A DNA stretch of 63,893 nucleotides, filler included, from Reticulomyxa filosa (taxonomy: Eukaryota > Protista > Foraminifera), in NCBI GenBank assembly GCA_000512085.1. It is 20 parts of 20 records of this genome, joined end to end, with 100 filler letters (N's around TTAATTAATTAA, not from the genome) between each part and the next. Parts side by side here need not be neighbours in the genome. Positions count along the whole stretch, not along the records: positions 36,279 to 38,664 come from ASPP01041615.1; positions 38,765 to 43,142 come from ASPP01008113.1; positions 43,243 to 47,779 come from ASPP01012849.1; positions 47,880 to 50,162 come from ASPP01023432.1; positions 50,263 to 52,322 come from ASPP01007074.1; 15 more parts are not named here. One strand, 5' to 3'. The position numbers were made by a program, and so were the translations under genes. Every line of letters begins with the position of its first letter. The stretch's first letter is position 1. The notes beneath the pieces were generated by a model. That model worked only from the letters and a program-made list of their open reading frames with translations, did not search any database and was not told where the DNA came from. Positions 36,280 to 51,012 of the stretch are shown in pieces.

Positions 36280-38664
36280 GGTCGTGGTCGTGGTAACAGT
36301 CGCCGTGATAGTGATCGTGATAGTGATCGTGTTAACAATCGCCGTGATAGTGATCGTGATAACAATCGCCGTAATAATGATCGCGGTCGTGTAGAGCGAG
36401 CTTTTCAACGATCTGCATATAGTGGTCGTAATCGTAGTCGTAGTCCTCCAGCAAAGGCACCAAAGGAAAAACCACAGAAAAAGGAGATGCGCGTTTATAG
36501 AGAAGAAGACGACGACATGTTTGCACCTTTGGAAATCGAAATGCTACCACAAACACAAACACAACAACATGCACAAACACAACCACAAGCACAAACACAA
36601 CCACAAGCACAAATACAACCACAAGCACAAATACAACCACAAGAACCACAACAGCCTTTCAATTTGGACAACTTTGTACTGGAATTGTTGTCGGATGATC
36701 GAGTGACCACGGAACAAATTGGAACAATATTTAAAGTGATTGGAACCCAGCAACATATTGCATTTTTGACGAAGAAAGATCCCAATTTGTTGGTGCAACT
36801 GTTTGAGGCGATTTTCAACGACCCCGCCAAAGTCGACGAAAAAGTTCGAACGGGAGTGACACATCGCTTGAAATGGCTTTTGGACGCGGAGGCGGAGCAC
36901 ACGTCGGAACAGATTCGCGACAAGTTGATCAAATATGTTGATGTGAGTGACCCTGCCATTCGTCGACGACTGATCAAAGAATCGGATAGCGCCTTGGACG
37001 CTGAACGAGAACAAGGACTTAAAAATTTGATCGACTCCACGTTGATATGCTCCGCGGAAACACGATCGATCCAACTCCGACGTACTGTCGCCTTTTTCAC
37101 AAAAAAACTGAAAAACGAAAGCATTGATCGTCGAAAGACAGGAGTGGCGTTGCTGTTCGGCCGAGTGAAGGAAAGTGACATGACCAATGAGTTGCTGCAG
37201 TCGAAAGAGTGTCTCGACAATATTTTGGAAATGTTGGACGACAGCTTGGATGTGCAAGACTTGGATACAGGCGAAGCGAACAATCGAACCTGGGACAAGG
37301 TGCGCAGTCACTCTTTGCTGCGTCATTTCTATGATGTGTCATTGGACGCTATCCAGAATGCAGTTCGCGATTCGAATGGGTTTTTGTTTGAATTTGGTGT
37401 CGAAGTGCAGTGGCGAATGTGCAAATATCGCTTGGGTGCCACGGATGCCGCTGTCAACTTTGTTATCAATTTGGGCGATTTGAAAAAACGAGGCATGGCG
37501 TTGTACAAAGAATACGAAAAGGATTTGGATCCTGTTGGACACATTTTGAAAGATCTGACCACCGAAGCGCCAAAAACAAGCGAAACGACCAAAAAAGAAG
37601 AAGAAAAGAAGGCAGAGAAGGAACAAGACTTGACCAAAAAGGAACAACTACTAAATAGAATCTTCTTTGAGGCCGACAAAGAATCACAATTTGTGGAAAT
37701 GTATTTGAATGCTTACAAGGATCGTGTGCAAAAAGACAATCCAGAATTTATGATTAGTGTCGAAAGCAAGTCGCAGTACTTGAGAATTCTGTTTGACGTG
37801 TTGGGCAGAAATTGGAGCAACAGCAAGGTGATGGCAGACTTGATTGACCAAATGTTGAACGAATTTGTAATCATGGACGTGGAAAACCTTAATGACAATA
37901 TCAGTCGTTTGAAATCGGAAGAAAAGCAAGAGTGTGTTGCCATGGCCTTCCGCTATATACTGAAATATCATCGACGAGACTGGTACATGGTCGAAGTCGT
38001 TGGCAAATTTGTAACGAGAGCCTTTGACGTATTGAAACACTCGCACACGCAAAAGAAAAACGACCTGTTCTATTCATCGCAAGTGTTACTTGTCATGTTA
38101 TTACGTAACGTTTTGCGCGTGATGACCAATGACGCAACGAAGAAGACAGGCCAAGAGTTGTATACATCGTCGTTTATTGCTCAATTTATCGACAAGAGCT
38201 TAGATATATTGAAACCCAACTATCCAAAGAACAATGACGGACGAATGTGGACCATTGAATGGGAGATCTTTAAGTCTTTTCGCTGGTTCGCCGCAAAGGC
38301 AGATGAACAGCTCATTCAAAAGTTCCGTCGCGAAGTGGCCAACGCGAGAAGACAGCAGCGTTTCGAAGAGAAGAAAGCACGCAAGTTGGCTTTGATTACG
38401 GCCAAAGACCAACACGAAAAGAAAAGCGACGACAATAAACAGGACGAAAGCAAGAAGAAAACAACAGAGGAAAAAAAGCAAATAGACAAAGAGGAAGAGA
38501 AAAAGAAACAGATAAGACCTATGATTGAGTGGTCAAAGTTGCCATCATTCACATGGCCCGTGTTTATCAAGTATTGGGAAGTGGCGTTATCCTGCTTGAA
38601 ACAAGTGACCGTGGAGCGCAAGCCAGACAAGGAGAGCGTGCAATTGGAACATAAGACGGGAAGC
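36280..38664 (+). CDS. Large alpha-helical hypothetical protein, partial
   Basis: Intronless ORF of more than 720 codons. RD/RS-rich upstream frame is probably joined via a shift in the A-run near 36470. An 18-bp QTQPQA repeat lies at 36550-36650. Confidence 0.8.
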
Positions 38665-38832
38665 NNNNNNNNNNNNNNNNNNNNNNNNNNNNNNNNNNNN
38701 NNNNNNNNTTAATTAATTAANNNNNNNNNNNNNNNNNNNNNNNNNNNNNNNNNNNNNNNNNNNNTTTTTTTTTTTTTTTTTTTTTTTTGATCGTTTCCCT
38801 TTTTTTTTTAAAAAAAAAAAATTTGGGGGAAT

Positions 38833-40418
38833 GTGATGGCAGTCACCGGAAAGACGTTGGAGGAAGTAAAGAGATATTACGAATGCTTTTGGAGGAACTA
38901 CACGAAGATGGAAGGGTATGAAAAACTTATTGAAAGAATCAATCTCGCCCGCTCCAAAAGTGAAGAATTATCCAATTTTAAAACATTACTTCAAAAAAAA
39001 GTTATTTTTTTTTTGTGATTGGACTTTTATGTACAACACAAGTATAAGTACATATGTGTGTATATACGTATGCTACTGTAGATTCCTCGCCAAGGTGCTG
39101 AAGTCTTGAATCGCACCAAATTGATATATCAACTGAAAGAAAAGCCAGACATAAAGATGAATGGCTTCACGCTACAATCGGATCGCTTTTTGCTGGCCAA
39201 GGTCTTGGAATTAGGATTCGATGCGTGGGACATTATCAAAATGCATTTGCTGCAACACAAGGCCTTTCGCTTTGGTAAAAAAAAAAAAAAAAAAAAATGT
39301 TTTTTTTTTTTGCAAATACAAATACAAACAGTTATCTATTCACTTGGAATGTTCCAACTTTTTTACGTATGTATGATAACATATACGTTACACTTTGGTA
39401 CGTACATGTTATGGGTAACACTGACGACAAATTACTTTGCTTTTGCAAATGTTTTGCACGAAAGATCTGTTTTTGAGATCGCGAACTCCAATCGAGTTAA
39501 AAAATCGTGCTTTCAAATTACTACAATATTTGCAAGAAAGCGCCGAAAAAAGACAAACGCGTTCAAAAACGAAAACGAAGACGAAAACGAAAACAAAAAC
39601 AAAACCCAAGTCCGCAAAGTTGACAAAAGCAAAAACTGCAAAGACAAAAACAAAGGCGAAAACAACAGCAAAAGCAAAAGCAAAAGCAAAAACAAAAACA
39701 AAGACAAAAACAAAAGAAAGAAAAACAAAGACAAAAACGACAACAGCCAAACCAAAAATGAAAAAGCAAAATAACACCACAAAAGAAAAAAAAATGTGAC
39801 ATCGAAAACAAAAAATTCAAAAACACCAAAACAGTCCGAAACATCGAAAAAAAACACAAAAGTAAAAAAAAAAAAATCTGTACATTTTTTTTTAAAAAAG
39901 AAAAGATGGACAGATTTGTTTTTTCTCCCTTTTTTTTTTTGTCTTATTCTTACGAAAATTAAACATGTTCAAATTTGTAATGTTTGGCTTCACAGCGCAA
40001 AAAAACATCATTGGATGGACTGTGTCCAGGAACTGTGTTGATGTATAAACGTGATGGACAATGGCGAAAGTCCCAAATTGTAGAGGAGTCTACAAGCCGC
40101 GGATTTTATAACATTAAAGACTTTGATAACGAAGACGAAAATGAAGTGTGGTGTGCGAATTTATTGACCATCCCTTTTGAGATTGTAGAAAATCCATCAA
40201 CTGTTCCTGATGGCAATACTTCACAAAAAAACAGTGAAACCACTGAAATGGAGACAACTGCCCCACAGCCGCAGTCAGAAGTTAGTGAGACAGCCACTGA
40301 TAAAGATACGACAAATGCACCACCAAAAAACAGACGACGAAATGGTCGCAAACGAAAGCGGAGTGTAGAGCCCAATCAAGAAGCTCTGCAGCCCGAGTCT
40401 AAGAGAGTCCGTACATAG
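38833..40418 (+). CDS. ISWI-family chromatin remodeller C-terminus (SANT-SLIDE) with Lys/Thr/Ala-rich tail
   Basis: GKTLEEVKRYYECFW (SANT) and FTLQSDRFLL..FRFDLFLRSRTPIELKNR (SLIDE) after introns 39001-39081 and 39275-39464. A further intron lies at about 39861-39995. Confidence 0.85.
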
Positions 40419-41179
40419 GCAGAAAAATCATCAAGCCGGTATTGGGTACTTTAATAGATAGATGACGTATAATTTGTGATATTGTTGGTTGATGAAATTT
40501 TTTTCCTTAACTGTTCGTCATTATTGGATGAAAAATCTTATGATTTTTTAAGCTTAATTTTCAAGTGACTTTTCACAAACACAAACTTATCATATTGATT
40601 CATATTCGATTTCCACATTTACTTTCTAATCTAAAGCGCTCTTGATAAGATTGTTTTTCTTGATTCACATGTATGATCCGCTTATACTATTCATTATTTT
40701 ATAGACCAAAAAATTCTAGCATGTGTGTATTCAGCTGTATAGATTAAGTGTAGGAAACAATCAAATAAGAAACAAATTATTTAAATAGAATAAACATAAC
40801 AATCAAATTTACAAATAAGGTTTTTATCTTTAACAATTAACATTTTATCTTCTTATCACATGATTTAATCATTTAAAATATTATCTTTTTAATTTTAAAA
40901 GTTAAGACAACTTTTGGCAGTGGAATTTTTTTCCAAACGGTGATTTTTATTTAAAAAAAAATTAGAGTTGGTCCCACAAAAATTCCAGTTTAAGAAAACT
41001 TTAAAAAAAACTACATAATTAGTTCATATAAATAGATAATAAATAACTAAAGAAACTTAGTAAGGTTGAAGACTTAAAAAGTAAAGAAAGCAAGAAAACT
41101 GACAAGAAGTCAGTTAGTAACAAAATTCGTACTTGACAAAACTGTGTTTTACAATTAAACAATTAGCATTAATACTTTT

Positions 41180-41840
41180 ATTTGTTTAATTAAAACATAT
41201 GATACAATATTATTTGACTTCAAATGTGAAGTGTAAAAATTAAAAAGAGATCAAATAGAAAGATAGTGAAGTTAAAAAATAAAATAAAAAATATAATAGA
41301 AAGAAAAGCAAATGTAGAATTTGGAAGAAAATAAACAAATTAATAAAATAAAGAAGAACAAAAAGAAGATAATATAAATTATAGTTTATCAAAGTCAATT
41401 ATTAAAACATAATCTACTTTCAATTTTGAATTAGTTTTTTAAATTAATTAAGACATTATGTGCATATTGATATTTTGTATAGTATTGATTATTAACCATT
41501 TGATAGTGGTCAATTTATTTGTTCTCGATCAAGAGATTAACAGATATTGATAACAATAAACAAACTAATCTTTTAATGGACATTCAAATTATATATATTG
41601 TGTAAACGTTTCACAATATCATTATCATAAGCTGACAAAACCATCATTTTTGGGATTTCAAACATAATAAAAAACTACAAATATTCAATAAACACAAAAA
41701 AGGCGTTGTTTGCATGAATTTTTATCATTTAATAGAGCTAGATATTTGTGTTCCGGATCTAGTGACAAAATAATTCTTTAAGTGATGTTGAAACGTACAA
41801 ATCATTATACATTTTCAATTGATATGAACATACTATTTAT
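41180..41840 (+). pseudogene. Decayed paralogue of the TRAF/WD40 gene at 1110-2393
   Basis: Shares DNA blocks AATAAAGAAGAACAAAAAGAA, GTATTGATTATT, CATTCAAATTAT and TTTTTGGGATTTCAAACATAATAA in the same order, with many stops and indels. Confidence 0.85.
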
Positions 41841-42239
41841 TTTGAATTTTACTTTAGGACAAGTGTGATAATTGACAAAAAGTTTGTTCTCTTTTATAAA
41901 CACAAACTCATTTGCTTAAATCTTCTACTTTTATTTTTCCGTGTAACGTCCTTCGATTCCATTCTCCTGATATAACACTGGATATCTTCCATGATTCTTC
42001 GAAATATTTTCTTCTCCTGCTTGTTTAAAAGCAAATCCCAATCTACGACAACATTTTATCCAAATGTATCTTTATTTATTTGTGTTCATGAAGATCGTAT
42101 ATGCCTGTTAAATTAATGTGATTGGTATCAAATGAAAAAAAGACAATGATACATAAAAAAAGTAAATTGTTGATTATTTTAAAATAATTAAGATATCTAA
42201 TAAATTTTCTTTTTTAACAAAAAAACGAAAAAAGATATT

Positions 42240-42365
42240 AAATGAATTTGTTTCACAGACAATCACAATAATCTAATTATCACAATTATGATTGAAAATC
42301 ATCATTATATTGGAATGCGTGCAGTGATTGATGAAATCTACAAATCATTTGTTGTATTAATAATG
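42240..42365 (+). pseudogene. Kelch-like family relic
   Basis: FTDNHNNLII..HYIGMRAVID remnant. Confidence 0.45.
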
Positions 42366-42853
42366 CACTTTCGATCAAGAAAATTAAAATAATTAAAAAT
42401 ATTTTTTTTTTTCAAAGAAAGCAAAAGTTTTGCAAGACATTCTTTGTTTAGTTGTAATTAAATGAAATCAAAAAAATTATTCTATTTTCAAAAATTATTG
42501 TTCAAATACAAAATTAATTTGAATTGGTATTTTATGATATTTAAGTTTTTTTTAATTTAAAAAAAAAAGAGTGATCAAATTGAATGTCAAGTAGTAGATC
42601 TTTTGAAGATGATATACTTTCTACTTTTTGTACAAATCTATTTACACTTCAAGGATAGAGTACATCATGGATAATACAAAATAATTATCTCTGTTTATTA
42701 CTCACACGACAGAAAATTTTATTACAATGTGATTCATTAGTTTTTTTATTCAATTTAGCCAAACAAAAAAATGCTGTTTTGTTCTTTTTTCAAAAGGGTC
42801 ACGTTCCCCATTTTTAAAAAAATAAAATTAAAAACTGCAGCAATATTTACAAC

Positions 42854-43142
42854 ATGGGTAATCAAAATACAACTCCCTTTCAAAGTTTAAAAAAATTACC
42901 TGCTTCACTTTCTCAAGCTCAATGTGTGCTACACAAACACGAATTCCTCATTTGTGGAGGTTGGGACAAAAGAGCTTGTTATTCTTATCACACACTCAAA
43001 AACGAATACAAGTTTATCTGTGAGTATCCAAGTGATGTTACATTAGATGGACACTGTGTAGTGAAACTGGTAGATAGCAACAGTAACAACGACAAAGAAG
43101 CAGTCAAATTACTTTGTTGTCTTTTGGTGGAAAATATAAACA
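42854..43142 (+). CDS. Kelch-like beta-propeller family protein, 5' part
   Basis: MGNQNT start, QCVLHKHEFLICGG..CYSYH..GHCVVKL. Confidence 0.7.
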
Positions 43143-43272
43143 NNNNNNNNNNNNNNNNNNNNNNNNNNNNNNNNNNNNNNNNNNNNTTAATTAATTAANN
43201 NNNNNNNNNNNNNNNNNNNNNNNNNNNNNNNNNNNNNNNNNNTTTTTTTTTTTTTTTTGTGGAGAAAGAGAG

Positions 43273-44234
43273 GAAAAAAAAAAGGGCCCTACCATGTCGT
43301 CAAGAATGATGACATCTCGATCAGAAACAGCACCAACCACTTCTGATCTTTGAGCCGCAATTTTTTCATGACTCTCCAATTCTGCAAATTCGATAGTTTG
43401 ATCGAGTTTGGTGGTAGTGACAAAAGCAATGGAACTCCAGACACCACCTTCCTCAAGCATTAAAGACTGCAGTCTTCTCGCTCGTTGGATTCCGGTATCA
43501 CTTGGACACACAATGACGGGATTGAACAAATCTTTTTCAAGTAAGACAGGAAGAGCTGCTCGCAATGATTCCAAACTATCAAACTGACATTCACTCTCGT
43601 CAAAGCATCCTTCCAATTGAATCCGATGGATATCAATTGCGATCACTTGATCTGCTCCTACACATTCTAACATGGTTGCAATATCGTCTGCTGCAATACC
43701 TGGTCTTTGATAGCGAGTGCGGTCTTGTCGAGAGTAAGCATAATATGGCATCACCGCAATTATCCGTCGTGCGGAACATCGTCGAGCGCTTGCAATCAAT
43801 AACACCAGTTCCAATAAGTTGTCGTGAATGGGTGGACATGTGCCTTGAATAATGTACACATCTTTGCCACGTACATTTTCTCCCAGACGTATTGAGATCT
43901 TTCCAAAATTTCGTTTTCCACACAAACTAATTTTTTTTTTTTAAACCCCTTTAAAAAAAAAAATTCCGTGGTTCTTAAACTGACCTCTCCATCAGCATAA
44001 GTCCCAATTTCAACCTTTGATAATGGTTTGCCCAGGGCTGTGGAAACTTGTTCTGCCAGTGTTGGATTACTCCTTCCACTCACAACTACAAACTCTTCGT
44101 CCAAACGGTCCAACATTCGTGGTTTTGTTGCTTGTACTCGAGTGTTAAATGCACATGACGAAGCCATCAATGCTGAGGTAAACAAAAACGAACGACGAAC
44201 TAACTATGCGTTGGAACACAGACCATCTCGTCAT
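43273..44234 (-). CDS. prs: Ribose-phosphate pyrophosphokinase-like protein, 3' partial
   Basis: SGRSNPTLA, YADGE, ENVRGKDVYIIQ, MPYYAYSRQDR and IILDDM. Intron 43899-43984. Probable ATG at 44234, with a T-run shift near 44187. Confidence 0.92.
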
Positions 44235-44680
44235 CACAAAGAACAACTGGAAAACTAAAAACAAACAAACAAGACTCACCAAGTGATGAAAACATGATAC
44301 AAATCTTTCACTTAAGGATATTAAAGTAAACGAAGAGAAATGGGCCTTCGAACCGGTTTCTTTCAAAGTTTGGTGTTCACATTTTAAAAAAACACACGCA
44401 CAAAGTCTTGCAATAGATATAAATATTGAAAAATCAAAAAAGATTAAATTCTTAAACGTTATGAATAATGCTTAAATTTGTATGTACTATCTTATACTTG
44501 GAATGATGTCATCCGATTATTTGCTGTTTCAATCCAAATTTTCAAAATGTCTGTATTAATTTTTGGGCATGCTTTGAATGCAAACAATAAGCAGTTAGGC
44601 AACGCTTAGCACAAAAAGGAAAACTTTTTTCGTGTTTCGATATTTTTACTTGAAAACTGCCTCTAACATTGGTATCTTAA

Positions 44681-47104
44681 ATGTTTTTTGTCTGGATTTT
44701 TCTTTTATTTGGTCTGGGAAGATCTGAAGAACTTCCGTACGCAACAGTAGATCCTGAATTATATAAGGGCTTGCAGAGTCTACTTCCTTCCGACTATGTT
44801 CTACCAGACAATGTTTACAGTTGGAATATGACAGAAATAGTAATATTAGTCAACAAAACACTTCCAGGCATTTTTTGTGCAGTGTCAAGAGGTTTTTTTA
44901 GCGAGCTCCCAGAAGAAAAAGTAGAACAATTGCCGCCGGACGTATTATATTGTCAAGGGTTATATTGTCTAATCAACGAAACTACTCTAATGGAAAAATA
45001 TCATACAAATTACTCTGCTTTGGATGTTAATTGCACTAATTATAATGTAAGTGCTGTTCTTCAAAATTCAACTAGTTCTGAGCAATGTCTGTACCCTCTG
45101 GTTGACACCAATAAATTTGTCCCCTCCTACAGTTACATATTGTCCATTTCTCTTCATTTTATTATTGTGAAAGGATGTAGGCCCAAAAAAAAGAACCACA
45201 AATACAGAAATATGAAGGAGATGAAAATACGTATACGTGATAAACTACATAGTGCCGAATGGTTGTGGAGTAAGTTGCAAATACAAAGGTTTACTTGATG
45301 GATTGACAGCAAAAGACTTTAAATTTAATCGTACCTTCAAATGGGTAATCATACATATATCATTGGCTGCTTTACTGGTGTTACTGACAAACCATTGGCT
45401 CGAATATAAGAAGCAACGGGATTCGTTTTGTAAACGAGGGCTGTTGTACCAAGCGATTACCTTTATTACGATGTTGTGGGTGTGTATTATCATTCTTATT
45501 TTTATCGTCGAAGTTTCGGGAGAGGACAATGTAATATGTACTGATAGCGGACTGGCAAACTCAAGGGATACCATTATTTCAGGTCAGGAATATACGTATT
45601 TTTTTTTTTGTTCGTTTTACAAAAGACGAAAGCACTTGCAATATTTTTGTCAATTGTTGTTTGACGTGGCCAAAAAAAGTTGCTAATCCCCGTCAAGGGA
45701 GCAGTTTGTGTACGATTCTCGGATGGATTTGTTATTGCTGCTTTATTGGATTAGCTTATTACATCGCTGCTTTTTCGGCCACCTTGTGCGCGACATTTTA
45801 TGATCCATGGAACAAAATAGTAAGTAAGAGAGAGCTTTGTAGCTTTATTAATTAATAATTTTTTTTTTTTTTTGTGTATATACGCGATATATAGCTTGAA
45901 GACAATATCAAAATATGTGGTGAATATTGCACAATGGAGAGAATGCAAACTCGACTGTCACGAGCCAAGAGCTGGAACTCTTCAGAGAGTTCGGCTTCTT
46001 CCAGTGCTCGAAAATTGGATACTTTTGTTCTCGACTGTGTCACTTCGCCAACATTAAAATGGCATATTCTCATCTGGAGCATTATCCTGTCCTTTGCTAT
46101 TGCTGCTACCGTACGTAACCTTTACTCCGGAATAGTTTTATTCGGAGGTCTGAGGATTGATATATTTTCTTTTGGAGAGGAGTAGAGACGTACCCTTCCT
46201 TTCGTGAAAATACGTACAATTTTTTTGCACACACAACGTTATGCAAAATCTTGTTTGTCATAGTTTGTTATGTTGCGCCTGAAGGTATTGATATTTTTAT
46301 TTTTGTTATTTTGCCGTTATTGATTCCTGCTGTGATAATTGTGCTTTGTATTCCAATTGCCATTTATTTACTTTGGAAAACTTCACACAATAACGAATTA
46401 ATTGCAAATGAGATAAATCACTTGAGCTCCCGTTTGTTTTTGTTTTATTTTGGAGTTGTATTCAGTTGGGCGTGGATATTTATATTTTCTTTTCAGGCCT
46501 GGGTCAATAGTAATCGTATTACTCAAGGTTCGCAAGAACGATTTGAATGGTACGTTTTTTTTACTCCTCTCCTTTTGCATGCTCATTTTTTTCTGAATTA
46601 TTCAAAATTTATAGTCAACATTAATGGTTGTAATGAAACAATGTATGTCCTCTTTTGATCGGAAAAAATATATAACAGTGCTCTTGGAATATTTGTGCAG
46701 AATGAAGATGCTGATATTTCATCTTGTTATTCAAAAGGATACAAACAACCAGTTTTAACTACGTACCTTTTTAAATAAAAATTGTTTTAAACGGAATACA
46801 ACAAAATGAAATTGCTTAGGTGTGGATGATATCACTTGTGTTTGCTGGTTGCGCGATTGGAATTATTTGTGCTGTTATTTTGTCGTGCACCAAGCCAATA
46901 ATATCTCATTGGAAAGCTATTTCTAACAACTGCTGGTTTTTGTGCTGCACTAAGGCGAAAACCTGTATAACGTTACCCCATTTTAGCGGCAGCTCTGTTG
47001 AACTTCATTTGTCATCCTCAGTCAATACTACAAGTAATTTTACAACTCCTTCTCAACCTTCTCATAAACAATCCTTACCTTTCGGAGAGATTACGTTGCA
47101 GTGA
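44681..47104 (+). CDS. Frizzled/Smoothened-like 7TM receptor, multi-exon
   Basis: Signal peptide, Cys-rich ectodomain, CLYPLV and NGCGVSC linker, NVIC..LCTILG, WHILIWSI, IFVILPLLIP and RLFLF. About seven hydrophobic segments. Confidence 0.65.
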
Positions 47105-47454
47105 ATTACTTTCGTACTGCAATTCTTTTTTTTTAATTGTAAAGGTTTATTGTTAAATATTTTTGGGTTTGTATTTTTTCTGGATAACCCTTCTCCTCGT
47201 TGTTTTGGATATTCAAAATATGACATCAGTCCTCTTTCCGCCGACTTTTTTTACAGAATGCACAAGCAAAAATATAACAAGTGAACAACTCAATTGGCAC
47301 ATCAAAAAGGAACCCGTAATGAAAGTAATGGCAAAAAGAAACAAGTTTTTGTCAACAAATAAAAGACATTTTTCACTTGGCAATTTTCCATTATGAAAGC
47401 AACATTCGGTCTAAAATTTGACAAAAGTAACGGAAGAAACAAAGACAGCAAAAG

Positions 47455-47762
47455 TTATTTGGCCGACGGTTTAAGCATAGTGAATGAACACTTTAAATTG
47501 TCGTCTACAGACATGACACAGCCACAGTTATCAAACTCTCCACAGTAATTTGGTGCAGAAAACACTGTCACTAATTTACGACCAGCAAAGAACTCATATC
47601 CATCTTCAACCACCTGGTGCGCACGACAGATCAAATCAATTTCAAATCGCTTGCAAAACGAATCGACAACATCTGGGCCAAATATGTAGGAAACTCCGCG
47701 GTCTGATTCTCCCCAACCCACTATTTGTTCCGGATCTGCCCATAACAAATCACATATCAAAC
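47455..47762 (-). CDS. PP1: Protein phosphatase 1-like catalytic subunit, last exon
   Basis: [30 protein letters not shown] and [12 protein letters not shown]. Confidence 0.95.
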
Positions 47763-48658
47763 CTGTTCTCCCCCCCCCCNNNNNNNNNNNNNNNNNNNNN
47801 NNNNNNNNNNNNNNNNNNNNNNNTTAATTAATTAANNNNNNNNNNNNNNNNNNNNNNNNNNNNNNNNNNNNNNNNNNNNTAGGGGTGGCCCCTTAGAGTA
47901 ATGTTAAAAATGAGGTGTTTCGTAAATTTTGATACTTCCTCACGTAGACCTCACTATTCCTACAAGTTGAAATCTTGTTTTTTGGTTCTGATCATAGATT
48001 GGACGCAAGAAAAAATTTGACAACGTGCTTCTTTACAAAAGTGATACTTTTATATACGTTGGAGAAATTGTCTTGATTTTTTGTTTATGTAGCCATCAAT
48101 ACTTACTTTTTTTTCATCAATTACTTAACAAAAAAGGTAAGCTTTTTGTCAAATTGTAAAAGATATTCAAAATACTGTGAATTCAAGATTCACTTGGATC
48201 TTGTCAACAACCAGTAGTGCTTCACACCACAAGCTGTAAAACTTGTTTGCGTTTCGAAAAGAAAATTTTGTCAAATTATTAATTTTTATAAGGGAATATA
48301 TACTAACATTGCTTTTTTTTAAAGCGGTTTTGGTTCAGTGAAGTACTGCCTTTGTTAAAATATAAAACATGCATAAATTTAAAAACAAACAGAAGCAGTT
48401 CGCAAATTCAAGCAAAATACAATGATGCAGAAACTGCAGTAATGGCTTAATCTGTCTCAAACGGTGGACTGATATATATGCCACTGGAATTATGATAGTC
48501 CAATAAGGTGTGTTGTAAAATCCACGAAAATTCCACAATGGCATTATATCAAGAAAAAAAAGCCAGAGGAAAAAAAAAAGAGAAAAAAGCCAAATCAACA
48601 AAAACAAAACAGAGCAAAACAAAAACAAAAGCAAGACAAAGACAAAAAAAAAAAAAAA

Positions 48659-50060
<1,402 letters not shown>

Positions 50061-50669
50061 ATTGCATTTTGCACTTATTACCGAAGTCCCTTTTTTTTTT
50101 AAAAAAAATAATTTGGAATAAAGTTTTTTTCATCTTGTTTTTTTTTTTCCTCCTCCCCCCCCNNNNNNNNNNNNNNNNNNNNNNNNNNNNNNNNNNNNNN
50201 NNNNNNTTAATTAATTAANNNNNNNNNNNNNNNNNNNNNNNNNNNNNNNNNNNNNNNNNNNNGTAGTTATTTAGCACCACTACGAGAAAAAAAAAACAAA
50301 CCTATCGTCAAAAAAAAAAAAAAAGATGGAGAAAATGCTTGACCCGAGAACATTTCGAATAAGTAAAAAAAAAAAAAGAATAGTATTTGAAATTGACGTG
50401 AGCACAATTGAAAGTTGTTTATAAAGCCAATACGCAGCTAAAGTATCGTGTTTTGTTTTTTTTAAAATCGATAAGGATATTTTTACATTTTTCTTTCGTT
50501 TGAGAACAAGCTGTAAAACCAAACCAAGCAATTGGAGAGTAGGGAGGGATGGGAAAGGGGGGGGGGAGAAAAAAAAGAGGGATAAGTGAACGTAGATACG
50601 TATATATGTATTGCATATGTATATATTGTATGTGTATATATATACATATATATATATGATAATATACCT

Positions 50670-50976
50670 AAAATAGAATTGGGAAGACATTGTCCTTCCA
50701 ATTGGATTGCATGATTCAATGCTCTTCCAAAAAGATGAAATCTCAAGCAAGAACGCCCCAAGATACAACCCAAGACCTGGCCATAAGCAATTCCAATACG
50801 GATGCGAAGGTTAACTGGATCGGAGACATTATCAGGTTGAAATAGGTTTATTATCCGATAATCTGTCAATTCATTGTGTACATGTACCACACTCAAAGCG
50901 AATTGAATGATAGGTTCAGGCGAGCCTTCAAATGCTACGCAAATATATGCATCCCTTACATATATATTTATATGTG

Positions 50977-51012
<36 letters not shown>

